A stretch of 64,000 nt of DNA, counting the filler, from Chiloscyllium plagiosum (Eukaryota), in the NCBI RefSeq assembly GCF_004010195.1. It is 15 parts of 15 records of this genome, joined end to end, with 100 filler letters (N's around TTAATTAATTAA, not from the genome) between each part and the next. Parts side by side here need not be neighbours in the genome. Positions count along the whole stretch, not along the records: positions 1 to 3,548 come from NW_025211580.1; positions 3,649 to 8,575 come from NW_025201581.1; positions 8,676 to 16,701 come from NW_025211133.1; 12 more parts are not named here. One strand, written 5' to 3'. Shown piece after piece: positions 1 to 11,713 of the stretch. The notes beneath the pieces were generated by a model. That model made no database searches and had not been told where the DNA came from. It saw only the letters and a list, made by a program, of their open reading frames with translations. A program made the position numbers and the translations under genes. Position 1 is the stretch's first letter; each line of letters opens with the position of its first letter.

Positions 1-460
1 CACTCTAATCAAGACTCCGATCTCCAGCATCTGCCGTCCTCACTTTCGCCTGGGCTGTGGAAATGTCAGTCACTGTAGGTGTTGGAGGGACCGGAGCCAG
101 GCTGGATAGATGCTCTGGGCATCCAGGTCGACTGCCATGTAACTGAATGGTGGGGCTGAATGGGATAACTCTATCCCTGACGATGCCCCATGCCACTCCC
201 ACAGAGTTGAGAGGGCATGATTGGCGACCAGTGTTTAGAAAAGGAGGGGGTGGTGGTTGGTGGGACAGGTAACGTCCAGAAGTCATCACCGAGAATTTTG
301 GCCCCACAGTGTACAGTGTAATGAAGGTCGAGGTAAACAAGATGTCGATAGTAGGAAACTGTCATCAGAAGCCTCCTAGAGAAATACGTGTTTAGGTGTT
401 ACTTGTAGGCTTGTTGTTGACGACTGCGTCAGCTCTCTCAGGGAGCATCGCACCCAAGTA
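1..460. mobile_element. Penelope-like retroelement fragment
   Basis: Starts with the ...tctccagcatctgc.gtcctcactttc.cc terminal motif also seen at about 39560-39592; no intact ORF. Confidence 0.45.
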
Positions 461-714
461 CCATTCCCCTGCCCTGTATCCCTGCATGTTGTTCCTTTTC
501 AATTGCTGTATAGTTCTTGATTGGATGCGTCAGTTGAGATAGTGCACAGCAGCCTGTGCCAGTTGTTGCTTGAAAGGGTTTCTCCTCATCACTTTTGCTT
601 TTTTGAATGAGTTTAAGTCTGTGCCCCCTCATTTATGATTCTTTTGTAGGTGGGAACATTTTCTCACTGCTTACTCTGCTCATACACTTCATGATTTTGA
701 AGACTTAAGGAATA

Positions 715-1045
715 GAACTCCTACAGTATAGAAGCAGACCATTTGGCCCATTTGAGACCAAATGTCCAAGTGCATCCCATCCTGACCCACCCCCTAACCT
801 GTCACTGCTCACTGAATTTCCCCTGGCTAATCTTCTAGCCTGCATATCCCAGGATACTACAGACAATTTAGCATGGCCAATCCACCTGAACTGCCCATCT
901 TTGGACTGAGGGAAGAAACCAGAGCACCCAGAGGAAACCCATGCAAACATAGGGAGGATGTGCAACTCTATATACTTGCTCAAGGGTAGAATTGTACCCA
1001 AGCCCCTGATACTGTGAGGCAGCAGTGCTAATCACTGAGCTATCG
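715..1045 (-). mobile_element. V-SINE (HE1-like), degenerate
   Basis: Reverse-strand match to the V-SINE core (gggtttcctctgggtgctctggtttc...cagtccaaaga) of the intact copy at 24524. Confidence 0.8.
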
Positions 1046-2523
1046 AGCTGTCAAATCAAGTCTCCTCTGTTTTCTCTTCAAGGAAAACTCCTTCAATCTG
1101 TCTTCGTGTCTAAAATTATTCTTATAAACCTCTTCCATACTCTTTCCAATGTATTCATGCCCTTTCTAAAGCAGAGCACGCATAGCTAGACGCAATACTG
1201 CAAATGAGGCAGAGCAAGTAATTTATTTAAGCTTCATAACATAACCTGCTTGCTTTTGTACACTATGTCCAGCAATAAAGCTCGGGATATTGTGTGCTTT
1301 ATCTTGACTTATCCTACTGCCTTCAATGGCACATGCTCATATATACCCACTGTGTGTATGAACAAGAGCAAATGTCGCTTACCCTATTTAAAACCACACT
1401 CTTTTATGCCATAACCTTAGGGCTACCATATTCTAGTGATGAGGTAAGTTCTGTGGTCTTCTATTGGGGTGCAACTGTCGCAATTGTTGCCATAAACTGA
1501 GGACACACTTTTGAGGACTGTTTAAAGATTAGAGACTTTCAATGGTTTTAACTGACTTTTTTGGGTTTTCTGCACCAAGTTTGAACTGCCCACAACCTCC
1601 TCTCCAGCAATGCTTGTTTCTCCCCACTTCCAGTTAAAGCAGCCCCCACCCCAACACTCCTCACATTTTTTGGGACAGTACTCACTCTTATCCATATCCT
1701 TGACTTAGAGATTGCTCGTGTTCTAATACTGTTCACACTCTATCACTGCACCCCTGGCACTGCTCACTCTTCTCCTGCACCCTCTGATTGCTCACTCACT
1801 TATTGCTGGCCCTGCCCACATGCCGAGTATTGCCCCATCCGCATGTCCAGCACTCTTTTCCCCCCAGCTTTGTGACCGGGACTTGGCTTAAATCTCCCAA
1901 ACCTGCTACTTGTCAGAGCTCATCCACCTACCCACCAGAAGTTATATAATGCTTGAATTGACCACTGCAATGGTAGGGTTTGAACATCTACCTCCTAAGC
2001 ATTAGCCTAAGCCTTTAGTTTTACAACCCTTTGACATTACTGCAATGTCACCTTCTCCCCTTTAAATTAAAACTGATATGGACCCAAATCCTCCCGTCTC
2101 TGGCTCTTTAAAGATGTGCTGTTATTTGAAAGATGCATTTGCATAGGCCCTGCTGCACAGGTGCACCATAATTGCCCAGGAACTTTAAATTTCTGATTTG
2201 CTGACTTTCACTTTCTGGAACCTCCACCTTTGTCTTTGATTGTGGACCAAAAAGGCAGGCGTTACTTCAGGATTACTGCACAGACAATACCTGCCATACG
2301 CTTGTAATTGAATGTAACTCTGTTGTGCCAACACCTCGCATCATCCACCATCCACCAATCCACCTTATCCACTGACTTAGCACTCACTTGCTGGAAGTTT
2401 TCAACCTTGTAAAAGTACCTAAATACAGCAGCTACTGTTGTGAAGAGGAGACTTGTCTTCCCTCCTATCTCTTCCTGTGTCTGCTGATGTTCTCCAGGGA
2501 TAGATACTGCCATGTTGATGCTT

Positions 2524-3095
2524 AAATTGGGATTGGAAGATACAGCTGGGATATTGAATGTTGGTGAATGTCACTGCAGGGAGCAGTCAGCCCTAAGATG
2601 TTCATTGGGAACAGGACTGACAGTGAGTGAGTGCTGAGATTCTCCTGCCTTGTGATGGGCTTTTATCCTGGAGCTATCGATGTGAAGTGGCTGAGGAATG
2701 GAGTGGTGGCCCTCAGCGTTGAATGCAATGACATGCTCCCCAACTGCGTTGAGACTTATCAGGTGATGGAGACAGTCAAACTAAGTACAGATGATAGGGA
2801 GGGATACTTCTGTCACATTTAGCATATCAGTTTCATGCAGGAGCTCGAAGTACCCTGAAAACGAATGTCACTTGGAGGCATTAAATTGGGAATGACAATC
2901 AGAGCAGCAGCCATTTCACTTACTCCTCTTGGGATCTTCATTGGAATTGGTTTCTGGAGGAAGAGACAGAGTAATCAGCCTAACAGAAACGAGCAGGTTC
3001 AGTCAGAGAGCACAGAGGCTAACAGAGATGATCAAAGATTATCAGAGACCAGAAGAGAGAAATGGAGATCAGCGGAGAACATCAGATATGATTAG
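2524..3095 (+). pseudogene. Intronless MHC class I-like pseudogene (possible alpha2 end, alpha3 C1 domain, TM, cytoplasmic tail)
   Basis: One frame reads AVSPKMF..*VLRFSCLVMGFYPGAIDVKWLRNG..MLPN..TYQV..YFCHI*HISFMQELEVP*KRMSLGGIKLGMTIRAAAISLTPLGIFIGIGFWRKRQ..; stops at 2628, 2820 and 2856; no intron between C1 domain and TM. Confidence 0.7.
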
Positions 3096-3548
3096 CGTAT
3101 TGGTCAGCATTCTTTTCCCATATTCTTCTGAACCCATGACTGGCATTGATGCCAACATGGGAGTGTTTGGTGTAATAGTTCCAGCTTCTCTGTGATCTTC
3201 ACGTTGAGGCTGGCCCCCCTCCTTGTTCAGAACTGAGTCCAGTTTCATTTGCTAACTTTAAAGATTAATAGTAGTAGTGGAATTGTCCATTAAAAGGAAT
3301 AGAATAAATAAGGCGCACAGAGCCTGTCTCTCATTCAAAGAAAAATAGTCACAGAAATCTTTATGTACAGCATCGATGTTTTCAAGACCTTGGTCTGTAT
3401 TTGTGTGCCAAGAATAAATTGAAAATTAGCATGTTGAGTTGAGGATAATTATAAATTATAGGATCTGAGCATGAGGTATTACTTTGAGAATGAGTTGTTA
3501 GCCTTGATAAATAGTTTACTGCTGCAATCTATCCTAAGTTTAATCCAT

Positions 3549-3648
3549 NNNNNNNNNNNNNNNNNNNNNNNNNNNNNNNNNNNNNNNNNNNNTTAATTAA
3601 TTAANNNNNNNNNNNNNNNNNNNNNNNNNNNNNNNNNNNNNNNNNNNN
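3549..3648. other. Artificial contig linker N-TTAATTAATTAA-N (also at about 8576, 16702, 18780, 24994, 29406, 30698, 33996, 35537, 41637, 43952, 49572, 61462, 62804)
   Basis: Identical 12-mer with stops in all six frames embedded in a ~100-nt N run, 14 times. Confidence 0.97.
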
Positions 3649-3649
3649 T

Positions 3650-4965
3650 GGGGAAAAGACCGAGTGAATTCACCCTATCCATGCTTCTCATGATCTTATG
3701 AGGTCCTCCCTCAGTCTCCTACATTCTAAAGAAAAAAGTACTCTCCCTTTTATCCAAACCATTAAATCCTGGCAACATCCTTGCAAATTTCTTCTGCACT
3801 CTTCAGTTTAATAACATCCTTCCTGTAACAAGGTGACCAAAACTGAACACAATATTCCAAGTGTGGCTTCACCAATGTCCTGTATAACTGCAACATAACT
3901 TCCCAACGTCAGTAGTCAATGCCCTGACTGATGAAGGGCACTGCAGAAAAAGCTCTCTTCTCTGCTCTATTTACTGTGACTCAATTTTCAGAGAACTGCT
4001 TACCTGAATTCTAAAGCCCCTCTGTTCCACTATATTCCTTAAGGCCCTATCATTCACCAAGATATTGCTGATAAGTTTGTAGATGACACAAAAATTGGTG
4101 AAAGGACAGGTGGAGTTGAGGAAGTGGGGGAGATTGCAGAAGGACTTGGTCAAGCTAGGAGAATGTGCAAAGAAGTGGCAGGTGGAATACAATGCGGGAA
4201 CTTGTGAGGCTAGATACTTTGGTGGGAAGAATAGAGGCACAGACTGTTTTCTGAGTGAGGAAAAATTTCAGAAATCTGAAGCACAAAGAGAATTGGGAGT
4301 CCTTGCTCAGGTTTCTCTGAAGGTTAACGTGCAGGTTCACCATTGGCAGTTTGAAAGGCAATTACAATGTTAGCATTAACTTTAACGTCAGAGGTGTACT
4401 GCTGAGTTTGTATAAGTCTCTGATCAGACCAGATTTGGAATTTTTGGCTCCTTATTAAGGAAGGATGTGCTGTCATTGGAGAGGGTCCAGAGGAAAAAGT
4501 GAGAAAGAATAAGAATGATCCTGGGAATAAAGGGGGTGTCATATAAAGAGTGGTTGAGGATTCTGGATCTGTAGACAACTGTTTAGAAAGATGAGGGGGG
4601 AATCTTATTGAAACTACAGAATATTGAGAGGCCTGGAGAACATGGAGAAGGTGTTTCCACGAGTAGAAGAAACTAGGGCCCTAAGGCACAGCCTCAGAGT
4701 GAAGAATTGTCCGTCAGAACTGAGATAAGGAGGCATTTCTTCAGCCACAGGGTGGTGAATCTGCGGAACTCATTGTCACAGAGGTCGATGGAGGCCACGA
4801 TGTTGAGAGTATTTAAAAGAGAGACAGATACGTTCTTGATCAGTAAGGAGATCAAAAGTTAAAAGGAGAATGCAGGAGAATGGGGTTGAGGAACACATCA
4901 CACAAGATCAAATGGCAGAGCAGACTCTATTCTGACTGGCCCAATTCTGCTCCTATATCTTAAGT
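3650..4965. mobile_element. CR1-type LINE fragments (minus about 3650-4030, plus about 4050-4965)
   Basis: Degenerate RT C-terminal motifs (FADDTK-like, LQKDL..LGE.A.KWQ.EYN..TC.., FFS.RVV.LWN-like). Confidence 0.8.
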
Positions 4966-5019
4966 ATTTTGGGTTTATGTAGAGGTTCCTTGAAACCCTG
5001 GAAAACTGGAAGTACGGTC

Positions 5020-5352
5020 ACTTAGTGGTTAGCCCTGCTGCCTCACAGCGCTATGGACCCAGGTTTGATTCGAGCTTCGGGCGACTGTCTGTGTGGAGTT
5101 TGCATGTTCTCCCTGTGACTGCGTGGGTTTCCTCTGGGTGCTGTGGTTTCCTCTCACAGTCCAAAGCTGTGCAGGTTCGGTGAATTGGCCATGCTAAATT
5201 GCCCATTTTGTCGGTTAGGTACATTAGTCAGGTGTAAATGTAGGTTAAAAAGGTAGGGGAATGGGTCTGGGTGGGTTACTGTTCGGAGGGTCAGTGTGGA
5301 CTTGTTGGACCAAATGGCCTGGTTCCATATTGTAGGAATTCTATGATTCTAT
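5020..5352 (+). mobile_element. V-SINE (HE1-like)
   Basis: tRNA-like head (agtggttagc...ggtttgattc), V-domain core and (attct)n tail. Confidence 0.85.
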
Positions 5353-5499
5353 GGATATTGAAAGGACTGGATTGTGAGCCCTGCTGTTGCTGTTTCTCAA
5401 AAGTACTTTGACAAAAGATAATCAGGGAGTGGTGAGAGTGTGCATCAGGTTGCATGAGGGAACTGCTTGTCCTGCTTCCTGGAATACCATGAGCACAGG

Positions 5500-6875
5500 A
5501 AGTGTGGTCAGTGACTGTAGTTGGAACTCCGGGTTTTGGAGCTTGAGCAGCAGCAGGTGTCAGTGCGGAGAGTCCGTGAGGCTGAGAGCTCCGTGGAGAG
5601 CACATTTCTAGATGTGGTCACTCTGCAGCTTCAGAGTGGGCAATCGATAGGTGTTTCTGTAGCTGCAGATGGGAATCCAGGATGGTGTGTTGTCTCCCTG
5701 GTGCCAGGGTCAAGGCTGTCACTGAGCAGCTGCAGAGCACCCTGAGGGGAGACGGGGAACAGTCAGCAGTCATGGTTCACATCGGTCCCAGTGACAGAGG
5801 GAGAAAAGGGATGTAGTCTTGCAGTCAGAATTTAGGAATTCCAGAGGGAATTAGCAGCAGGAGCTCAAAAGTAGGAATCTCCAAGATTACCCCCAGTGCC
5901 CCATGCAAGTGAGAAAAGAAAGAGGAGGATAGCACAGGTGACTGTGGAACTGAAAAGACAGTCCAGGAGGAAGGGCTTTCGATTATTTTAACATTGGGAT
6001 GGCTTTGGGGGGAGATGGACATGTACAGACCAGACGGGTTGCTCCTGAATAGACCTGGGACTGAGTTCCTTTGTAGTGATTTACTAGTGCTGTTGGAGAG
6101 GGTTTAAACTAACTTGGCTGGGCTGTGGGAGCCAAGAAGTAATACCAGAGAGGAACACAGAGGTGCACAGAATCCTGGGAGAGATAGATAGCACCAGAAT
6201 AAGGAATAGAACTTCTGACCCAGTTTCAGAGTGAGGAAGAGAGAGTAATAAATTCTAAATCAGGGTCACTGTGTGAGGATGGAACTGCACGGAGTGTTGG
6301 GAATAAGACTGGGAAGGTACAGTTACAGAGTGTTAAGTGGAAATCTGATGTGTGTCTCTCACATAGAAACATAAGATAATAAGAACATTAGAAATAGGAG
6401 CAGGAGTGGGCTATCTGACCCATCGAGGATGAGGGACGTTAGTTATGAAGATAGACTGAAGAAGTTGGTACTGTCTTCCTCAGAGAAGAGAAGGCAGAGA
6501 GGAGATTTGATCGAGAAATCAGGAGGGGTCTGAACAGAGTAAACCAGGAGAAAATGTTCCCACCTGAGAAAGAACTGAGAGGGAGAGGCCATGGATTGAA
6601 AATAATTGGTAAAAGAAGCAAAACTGAGACGAGGGAAAACATTTTCAGCCAATGGGTGGTTAAGGTGTGGAATGCACTGCCTGAGAGTGTGGTGGAGGCA
6701 GCTTCAATTGAAACATTCTGAAGGGAATGAGAATGTTATTTGAAAAGGAACAATGTGCAGAGTAACAGGGAGAAGGCAGGAGAATGACACTCAGTGAATT
6801 GCTCATTCGGAGAGCCGGTCCAGACAGGATGGGCGGAACGGCCTCCGTGTGCACTGTAACAACTCTGTGATTGTG
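5500..6875 (+). mobile_element. CR1 LINE remnants (ORF1 esterase-like part and 3' end)
   Basis: ELRVLELEQQ.. and VV.LPGARV-like remnants; 3' part resembles the CR1 RT tail. Confidence 0.6.
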
Positions 6876-6925
6876 TGATTGAGCAGAGTTAAAGCTGGGG
6901 GAGGTGGGAGCTCGGTGGCTCACTG

Positions 6926-6957
<32 letters not shown>

Positions 6958-7326
6958 AGGTCAGTGAGATCAGAGACTGGGACAGGAAGCCAGAGCTCAC
7001 ATCAAACTCTGCCCGTGTCCGTCACACTGAGACTGGCAGGAGGCTACTCACTGATTTCACTCCATGCTGCAGGAATTGGACCACAGGCTGCAAATGGACA
7101 GAGCTCCTCCACACGGTGAGTAAAACTAACTGACTTAGATCTTGCTGCTTAAAGGGGGCAATGGAACTAAAGAAATACAGCTGGACACCCTGTTAGACAC
7201 AGTGCTCCTCAATCAACCATTTCATTCACTGCAGCTCCCCACTAACACCTGCAACAATTCAGCATTTGTGTTTTAGAAAGTTTCAGTATTGACAGGGATA
7301 ATAACGGAGGATTGAGGTTTACTTAC

Positions 7327-7361
7327 TCAGTCTGAGCTTGGTTCCTTTACCAAACGTAAGC
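7327..7361 (-). CDS. IGKJ: Ig kappa (NS4-type) J segment LTFGKGTKLRL
   Basis: FGxG motif; GTAAGT donor at 7326-7321; 23-RSS upstream. Confidence 0.95.
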
Positions 7362-7400
7362 CACATTGAGAGCTCCCAGTGCAGAGGCTGTCCAAAAACC
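7362..7400 (-). promoter_or_regulatory. 23-RSS of kappa J (read from coding end: heptamer CACATTG, nonamer CCAAAAACC)
   Basis: Heptamer 7362-7368, 23-nt spacer, nonamer 7392-7400. Confidence 0.9.
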
Positions 7401-7781
7401 TCAGCTCTCTGCTTCCCTCTGTCACTCTCACCCTCTCCCTATCTCCCAGTCTGTTGATCACTCTCACCCTCTTTTTGTGTCTTTCTGTCTCTGCCTCTGG
7501 GTTGTGAACTTTATTTCTCGTTGTTAAATCTTGTAGCTGTTCTTCCCATGTGGCCATGGAGTGGAAGAGGGAAACTTGAGGCCTTTAGTGAGCATTGAGA
7601 CACCACAGGGACTGGAGTGTGTAGCAAACAGTGACCATCCCAGCATGGGGTAATTTGTTCAGTTTCATTTAGATCTAACTGTGGGATATGTCACTTCAGG
7701 CGGTGGGACTGTGTGTCCATTATTATGCATTTTATATAACCATGGATGTGTCAGTACAGGAGGTGATTCTGTGTGCTTTGA

Positions 7782-7809
7782 GGTTTTTGTATGGCTCTGT
7801 ATCATTGTG
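7782..7809 (-). promoter_or_regulatory. 12-RSS of kappa V (CACAATG-12-ACAAAAACC)
   Basis: Heptamer 7809-7803, 12-nt spacer, consensus nonamer 7790-7782. Confidence 0.92.
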
Positions 7810-8108
7810 TCAAGGGTAGCTGTAATCCTGCATACAGTAATAGTCAGCGACATCCTCATTCTGAACATTGCTGATTGTCAGGGTGAAACTGGTCCCATAT
7901 CCACTGCCGGTGAATCGATTGGAGACTCCTGTGAATCGAGTTTTTGCGTCATAGATCAGGAGAGAGGGTTTCTGACCTTCTCGCTGCTGGTACCAGCTGA
8001 GGTCATCTGTAATACCTTGACTGGCCGTACAGGTGATGGTTGCAGTGTGGCCCAGTCCCACTGACAGCACCGGGGGAGACTGGCTCATGATGATGTCCCC
8101 ACTGATAC
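7810..8108 (-). CDS. IGKV: Ig kappa (NS4-type) V exon
   Basis: [53 protein letters not shown]...[14 protein letters not shown]; AG acceptor at 8110-8109. Confidence 0.96.
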
Positions 8109-8294
8109 CTGAGGGGTCAGAGAGAAACACAGTGAAGTCAGAACTGTCACAGAAAGAGCCTGTCAAATGAGAGATTGTTGGAGACACTGAGCATTCCTCT
8201 GGTTTCAGCATTTTCCCTTCAATCACAAGTCAGTGGAATTGGAGTGAAATGGAGAGCAGCTAAAGATTCAAGATGGAAGGAGAGAGATTTGTAC

Positions 8295-8343
8295 CTGCGA
8301 CACAGAATGCCAGGGGCCAGATCAGCTGGATGTGTGAAATCAT
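8295..8343 (-). CDS. IGKV: Kappa V leader exon MISHIQLIWPLAFCVA(G)
   Basis: ATG at 8343, hydrophobic 16 codons plus 1 nt, GT donor; phase matches the V exon. Confidence 0.92.
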
Positions 8344-8402
8344 GGTGTGTGCTCCTGTCACTGTGCCTGGTTCCTGATAAACTCTCCCTTCACTGGGCTC
8401 TG

Positions 8403-8483
8403 CTTTATAAAGCTGCAGCCTGTGAGAGTCTGACTGGGTGTTCCTCAGTATGTAAATGGCATCAGGCAGAGAGAGCCACGTCA
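8403..8483 (-). promoter_or_regulatory. Kappa V promoter: TATA-like TTATAAA, octamer variant ATTTACAT (8457-8450), CRE-like TGACGTGG
   Basis: Motifs 60-140 nt upstream of the leader ATG, in the order typical of Ig light-chain promoters. Confidence 0.6.
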
Positions 8484-9674
8484 GCCCCTCACACTTCCTC
8501 TTCTCTCTCTCTCTCTCTTTGTCTCAGAGAGTGATTGATGTGAACAGCACTGAATGAGACCATTTGGCCCATTGTNNNNNNNNNNNNNNNNNNNNNNNNN
8601 NNNNNNNNNNNNNNNNNNNTTAATTAATTAANNNNNNNNNNNNNNNNNNNNNNNNNNNNNNNNNNNNNNNNNNNNCGCTGTGTACAGTCTGCTGGAAAGA
8701 TCCATTGGTTCATTCTGAGTTGGGGACAGGTGCTACACAAATGCAAGTCTTTCTTTAAGGTTGGAGTCTCCTGAGCCGGATCCTCATCCATTGTCTGCGC
8801 ACTCTCACCTTCCAGGCGGCATGGGGTCATTAGGAGCAGTGACCCTGTCTGACCCCAGGACACTGAGACTCTTTGCAGCCTCACCCTTGATGTCAGCCCA
8901 GTGGTGTGCAGCAAAGTTTGAAATATAATCGAGAACCTTCTACACAGACACCCAACGTGACTCTTTCCTGAAGTGTGTGGATCCGAGTCTGCTCCATTGT
9001 TCTCGGATAAAGTTCTCCTGATCTGTGGGTGATCGGAAGTTTGTTAAAGAGATATCGAGCTCCATCCCACTTTCCAGCTCTTGCTCCACAGTTCTGGAGG
9101 TTTCGCTGTTTGAAGTGAATATCCAAGTGTTTTTTCAATATGATGAGGGTTTCTGCCTCTCCCACCCTTTCAGACAGTGAGTCCCACATCACACCATGTG
9201 GGTGAAAACAAATACCCTCAACTCCCCTATAATCCTGCCCCCAACTGATTTCAATCTCTCCCCATGGTTATTGCCCTCTGTGCTGGTGGAAATCAGTCCT
9301 TCCTACCCACTCTGTCCAGGCCCCTCATCATTTTACACACCACCATCAAATCTCCCCTCTGCCTCCTCTGTCCCAACGAAAACACTCCCAGCCAATCCAA
9401 TCATTCCTCAAAGCTCAAAGTTCCCATTCCAGACGAACTCCTCCTCTGTNNNNNNNNNNNNNNNNNNNNNNNNNNNNNNNNNNNNNNNNNNNNNNNNNNN
9501 NNNNNNNNNNNNNNNNNNNNNNNNNNNNNNNNNNNNNNNNNNNNNNNNNNNNNNNNNNNNNNNNNNNNNNNNNNNNNNNNNNNNNNNNNNNNNNNNNNNN
9601 NNNNNNNNNNNNNNNNNNNNNNNNNNNNNNNNNNNNNNNNNNNNNNNNNNNNNNNNNNNNNNNNNNNNNNNNNN

Positions 9675-9954
9675 GCAGGTCAATGCCAAGGGCACTGCCA
9701 CCCTGGTGTGCCTTGCCAATCACTTCTATCCCGATGAGCTGGAGGTGCAGTGGAAGAAGGATGGTGCAGTCATTTCGGACGGGGTTCAGACCAGCAACTA
9801 CCTGCGAGCTTCGGACAGCACCTACAGTGTCAGCAGCCTGCTGACCCTCTCTGGGTCTGACTGGGAGTCCAACGCTCACTTCTCCTGTGCCCTCACCCAC
9901 GTGACCCTCTCCTCTCCCTTCAGCAAGAGCATCAGGAGATCAGATTGTGTGTAG
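9675..9954 (+). CDS. IGKC: Ig kappa C exon (5' end in gap)
   Basis: QVNAKGTATLVCLANHFYPDELEVQWKKDG...FSCALTHVTLSSPFSKSIRRSDCV*; AATAAA at 10479. Confidence 0.93.
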
Positions 9955-10877
9955 AGTGTTTGAGACAGTCCACAGAGGAGACACAACTTTAAATAGAACA
10001 GGGCTGAGCTGGCAGGAATACAAGTCATTGTCGGCACTGAATTTCAACTCTCTTCCTTCTCAGGACTACTCAGAAAACCTTCTGAGGTTTGGATGTTAAA
10101 GCAAGTCATTGCGACAGTGTCGAGACAGCTTTACGCTATGTCAAACTCCATGCTGTCCTCCTCCTGGGAGTGTTTGATGGGGACAGTGTTGACTTGTGAT
10201 GCCAAGTAAAATCTCTTGAAGTTGCTGAAGACTGTCAGCTGTACAAAACAATGTAACCTCAGAATTTTCTGATTCAGTAAAACAGATCTTCTTCCTGCTC
10301 AGCTGCCAGTTCCAATTTAAGGTTTTGTCACTGTTTAAAGCGACAGGATTATCCTGTTATTGAGCAAATCTCCACAAGTGTTTTTCTCAAGCTCCATTGT
10401 GGCCGTGAATTTGAGCAGCTACCTCTGTCTGGGCTGTTAATTGCAGTTCTTTTCTGTCAATGTGAATCTGGAAAGGGGAATAAAGATGAAGATTCAGTCT
10501 CTGTCTCTGTGTGCTTTGGAAGTAGACCCCCTCACCACCCCTCAGATCATTGGCTGCATTTCAGCAGGTCATTGTCAAGATTGGCTGGTTAGCTTGTCAA
10601 TCAATTACAATCATCAATCATTACTCATTTTCAAATGATCCCTTTGATCAGGAATTTGTGTAGGTTACAAGACTCCAAAAAGAACAGAAACTGAAAGCTG
10701 TTAGGACTCAATAAGTACAATCTGACGCATTCCCTCTTCGCTCTGTTGGTCCTGGCCCAGCTGATGGGATCACACTGTGCAATCTCTGCTGCATGTTGGG
10801 TAGCTGCTGAAACAATCTTCGGCCATTCACAGACATTGTTGGCTGAGCGCCTTTCTGAGTGTGTGTTTAACTTAATA

Positions 10878-11713
10878 CTGTCTGCAGGTGTCTCTCTGAG
10901 TGTGGGCGTGTTACTCAGAGAGACACCTACAGGCAGCACTGAGTAACACACGCACATTCGGAGAGACCTATCCTCAGCATGGAGTGTGATCATGTTACTC
11001 AGTGCGGCCTGTCTGTCAGAGTGCGTGTGTTACTTCATGCAGCCTGTAGGTGTCTCTCTCAGTGTGAGTGTGTTACTCTGTGCTGCCTGGAGGTGTCTCT
11101 CTGAGGTCTATGTCTCCAAACAATGGATTGAGAACGGACTTTGTGCTGGGGATTAAAGATTGGGCTTTAATCTTCTCAAACCATGAATGAAAATCAGTTC
11201 AGCTGATTCAATCTGAGATGGCAGCTCATGGAGATGGCCAAAGTTAAAAAACACACATCAGGTTAAAGGCAAACAGGTTTATTTGGAAGTAGAAGCTTTC
11301 GGAGTGCTGTTCCTTCATCAGGTAGCTGGAGGGGCAGGATCTGTCTGCAGGTGTCTCTCTGAGTGTGGGCGTGTTACTCAGAGAGACACCTACAGGCAGC
11401 ACTGAGTAACACACGCACATTCGGAGAGACCTATCCTCAGCATGGAGTGTGATCATGTTACTCAGTGCGGCCTGTCTGTCAGAGTGCGTGTGTTACTTCG
11501 TGCAGCCTGTAGGTGTCTCTCTCAGTGCGAGTGTGCTACTCTGTGCTGCCTGGAGGTGTCTCTCTGAGGTCTATGTCTCCAAACAATGGATTGAGAACGG
11601 ACTTTGTGCTGGGGATTAAAGATTGGGCTTTAATTTTCTCAAATCATGAATGAAAAACAATTCAGCTGATTCAGTCTGAGATGGCAGCTCATGTAGATGG
11701 CCAAAGTTAAAAA
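10878..11713. repeat. ~373-bp direct duplication (10878-11250 / 11341-11713) flanking a ~90-bp Penelope-like fragment
   Basis: Near-identical copies, also visible as the duplicated ORF MITLHAEDRSLRM... Confidence 0.9.

Noticed and set aside
2440-2520. Possible leader (YLFLCLLMFSR) for the MHC-like pseudogene
   Set aside because: No ATG, and it reads equally well as a polypyrimidine tract plus AG; cannot be supported.
9196-9954. ORFs containing X runs (also near 14425, 39920, 56811 and 59146)
   Set aside because: They are open only because they cross N gaps; only the kappa C part of this one is real coding sequence.
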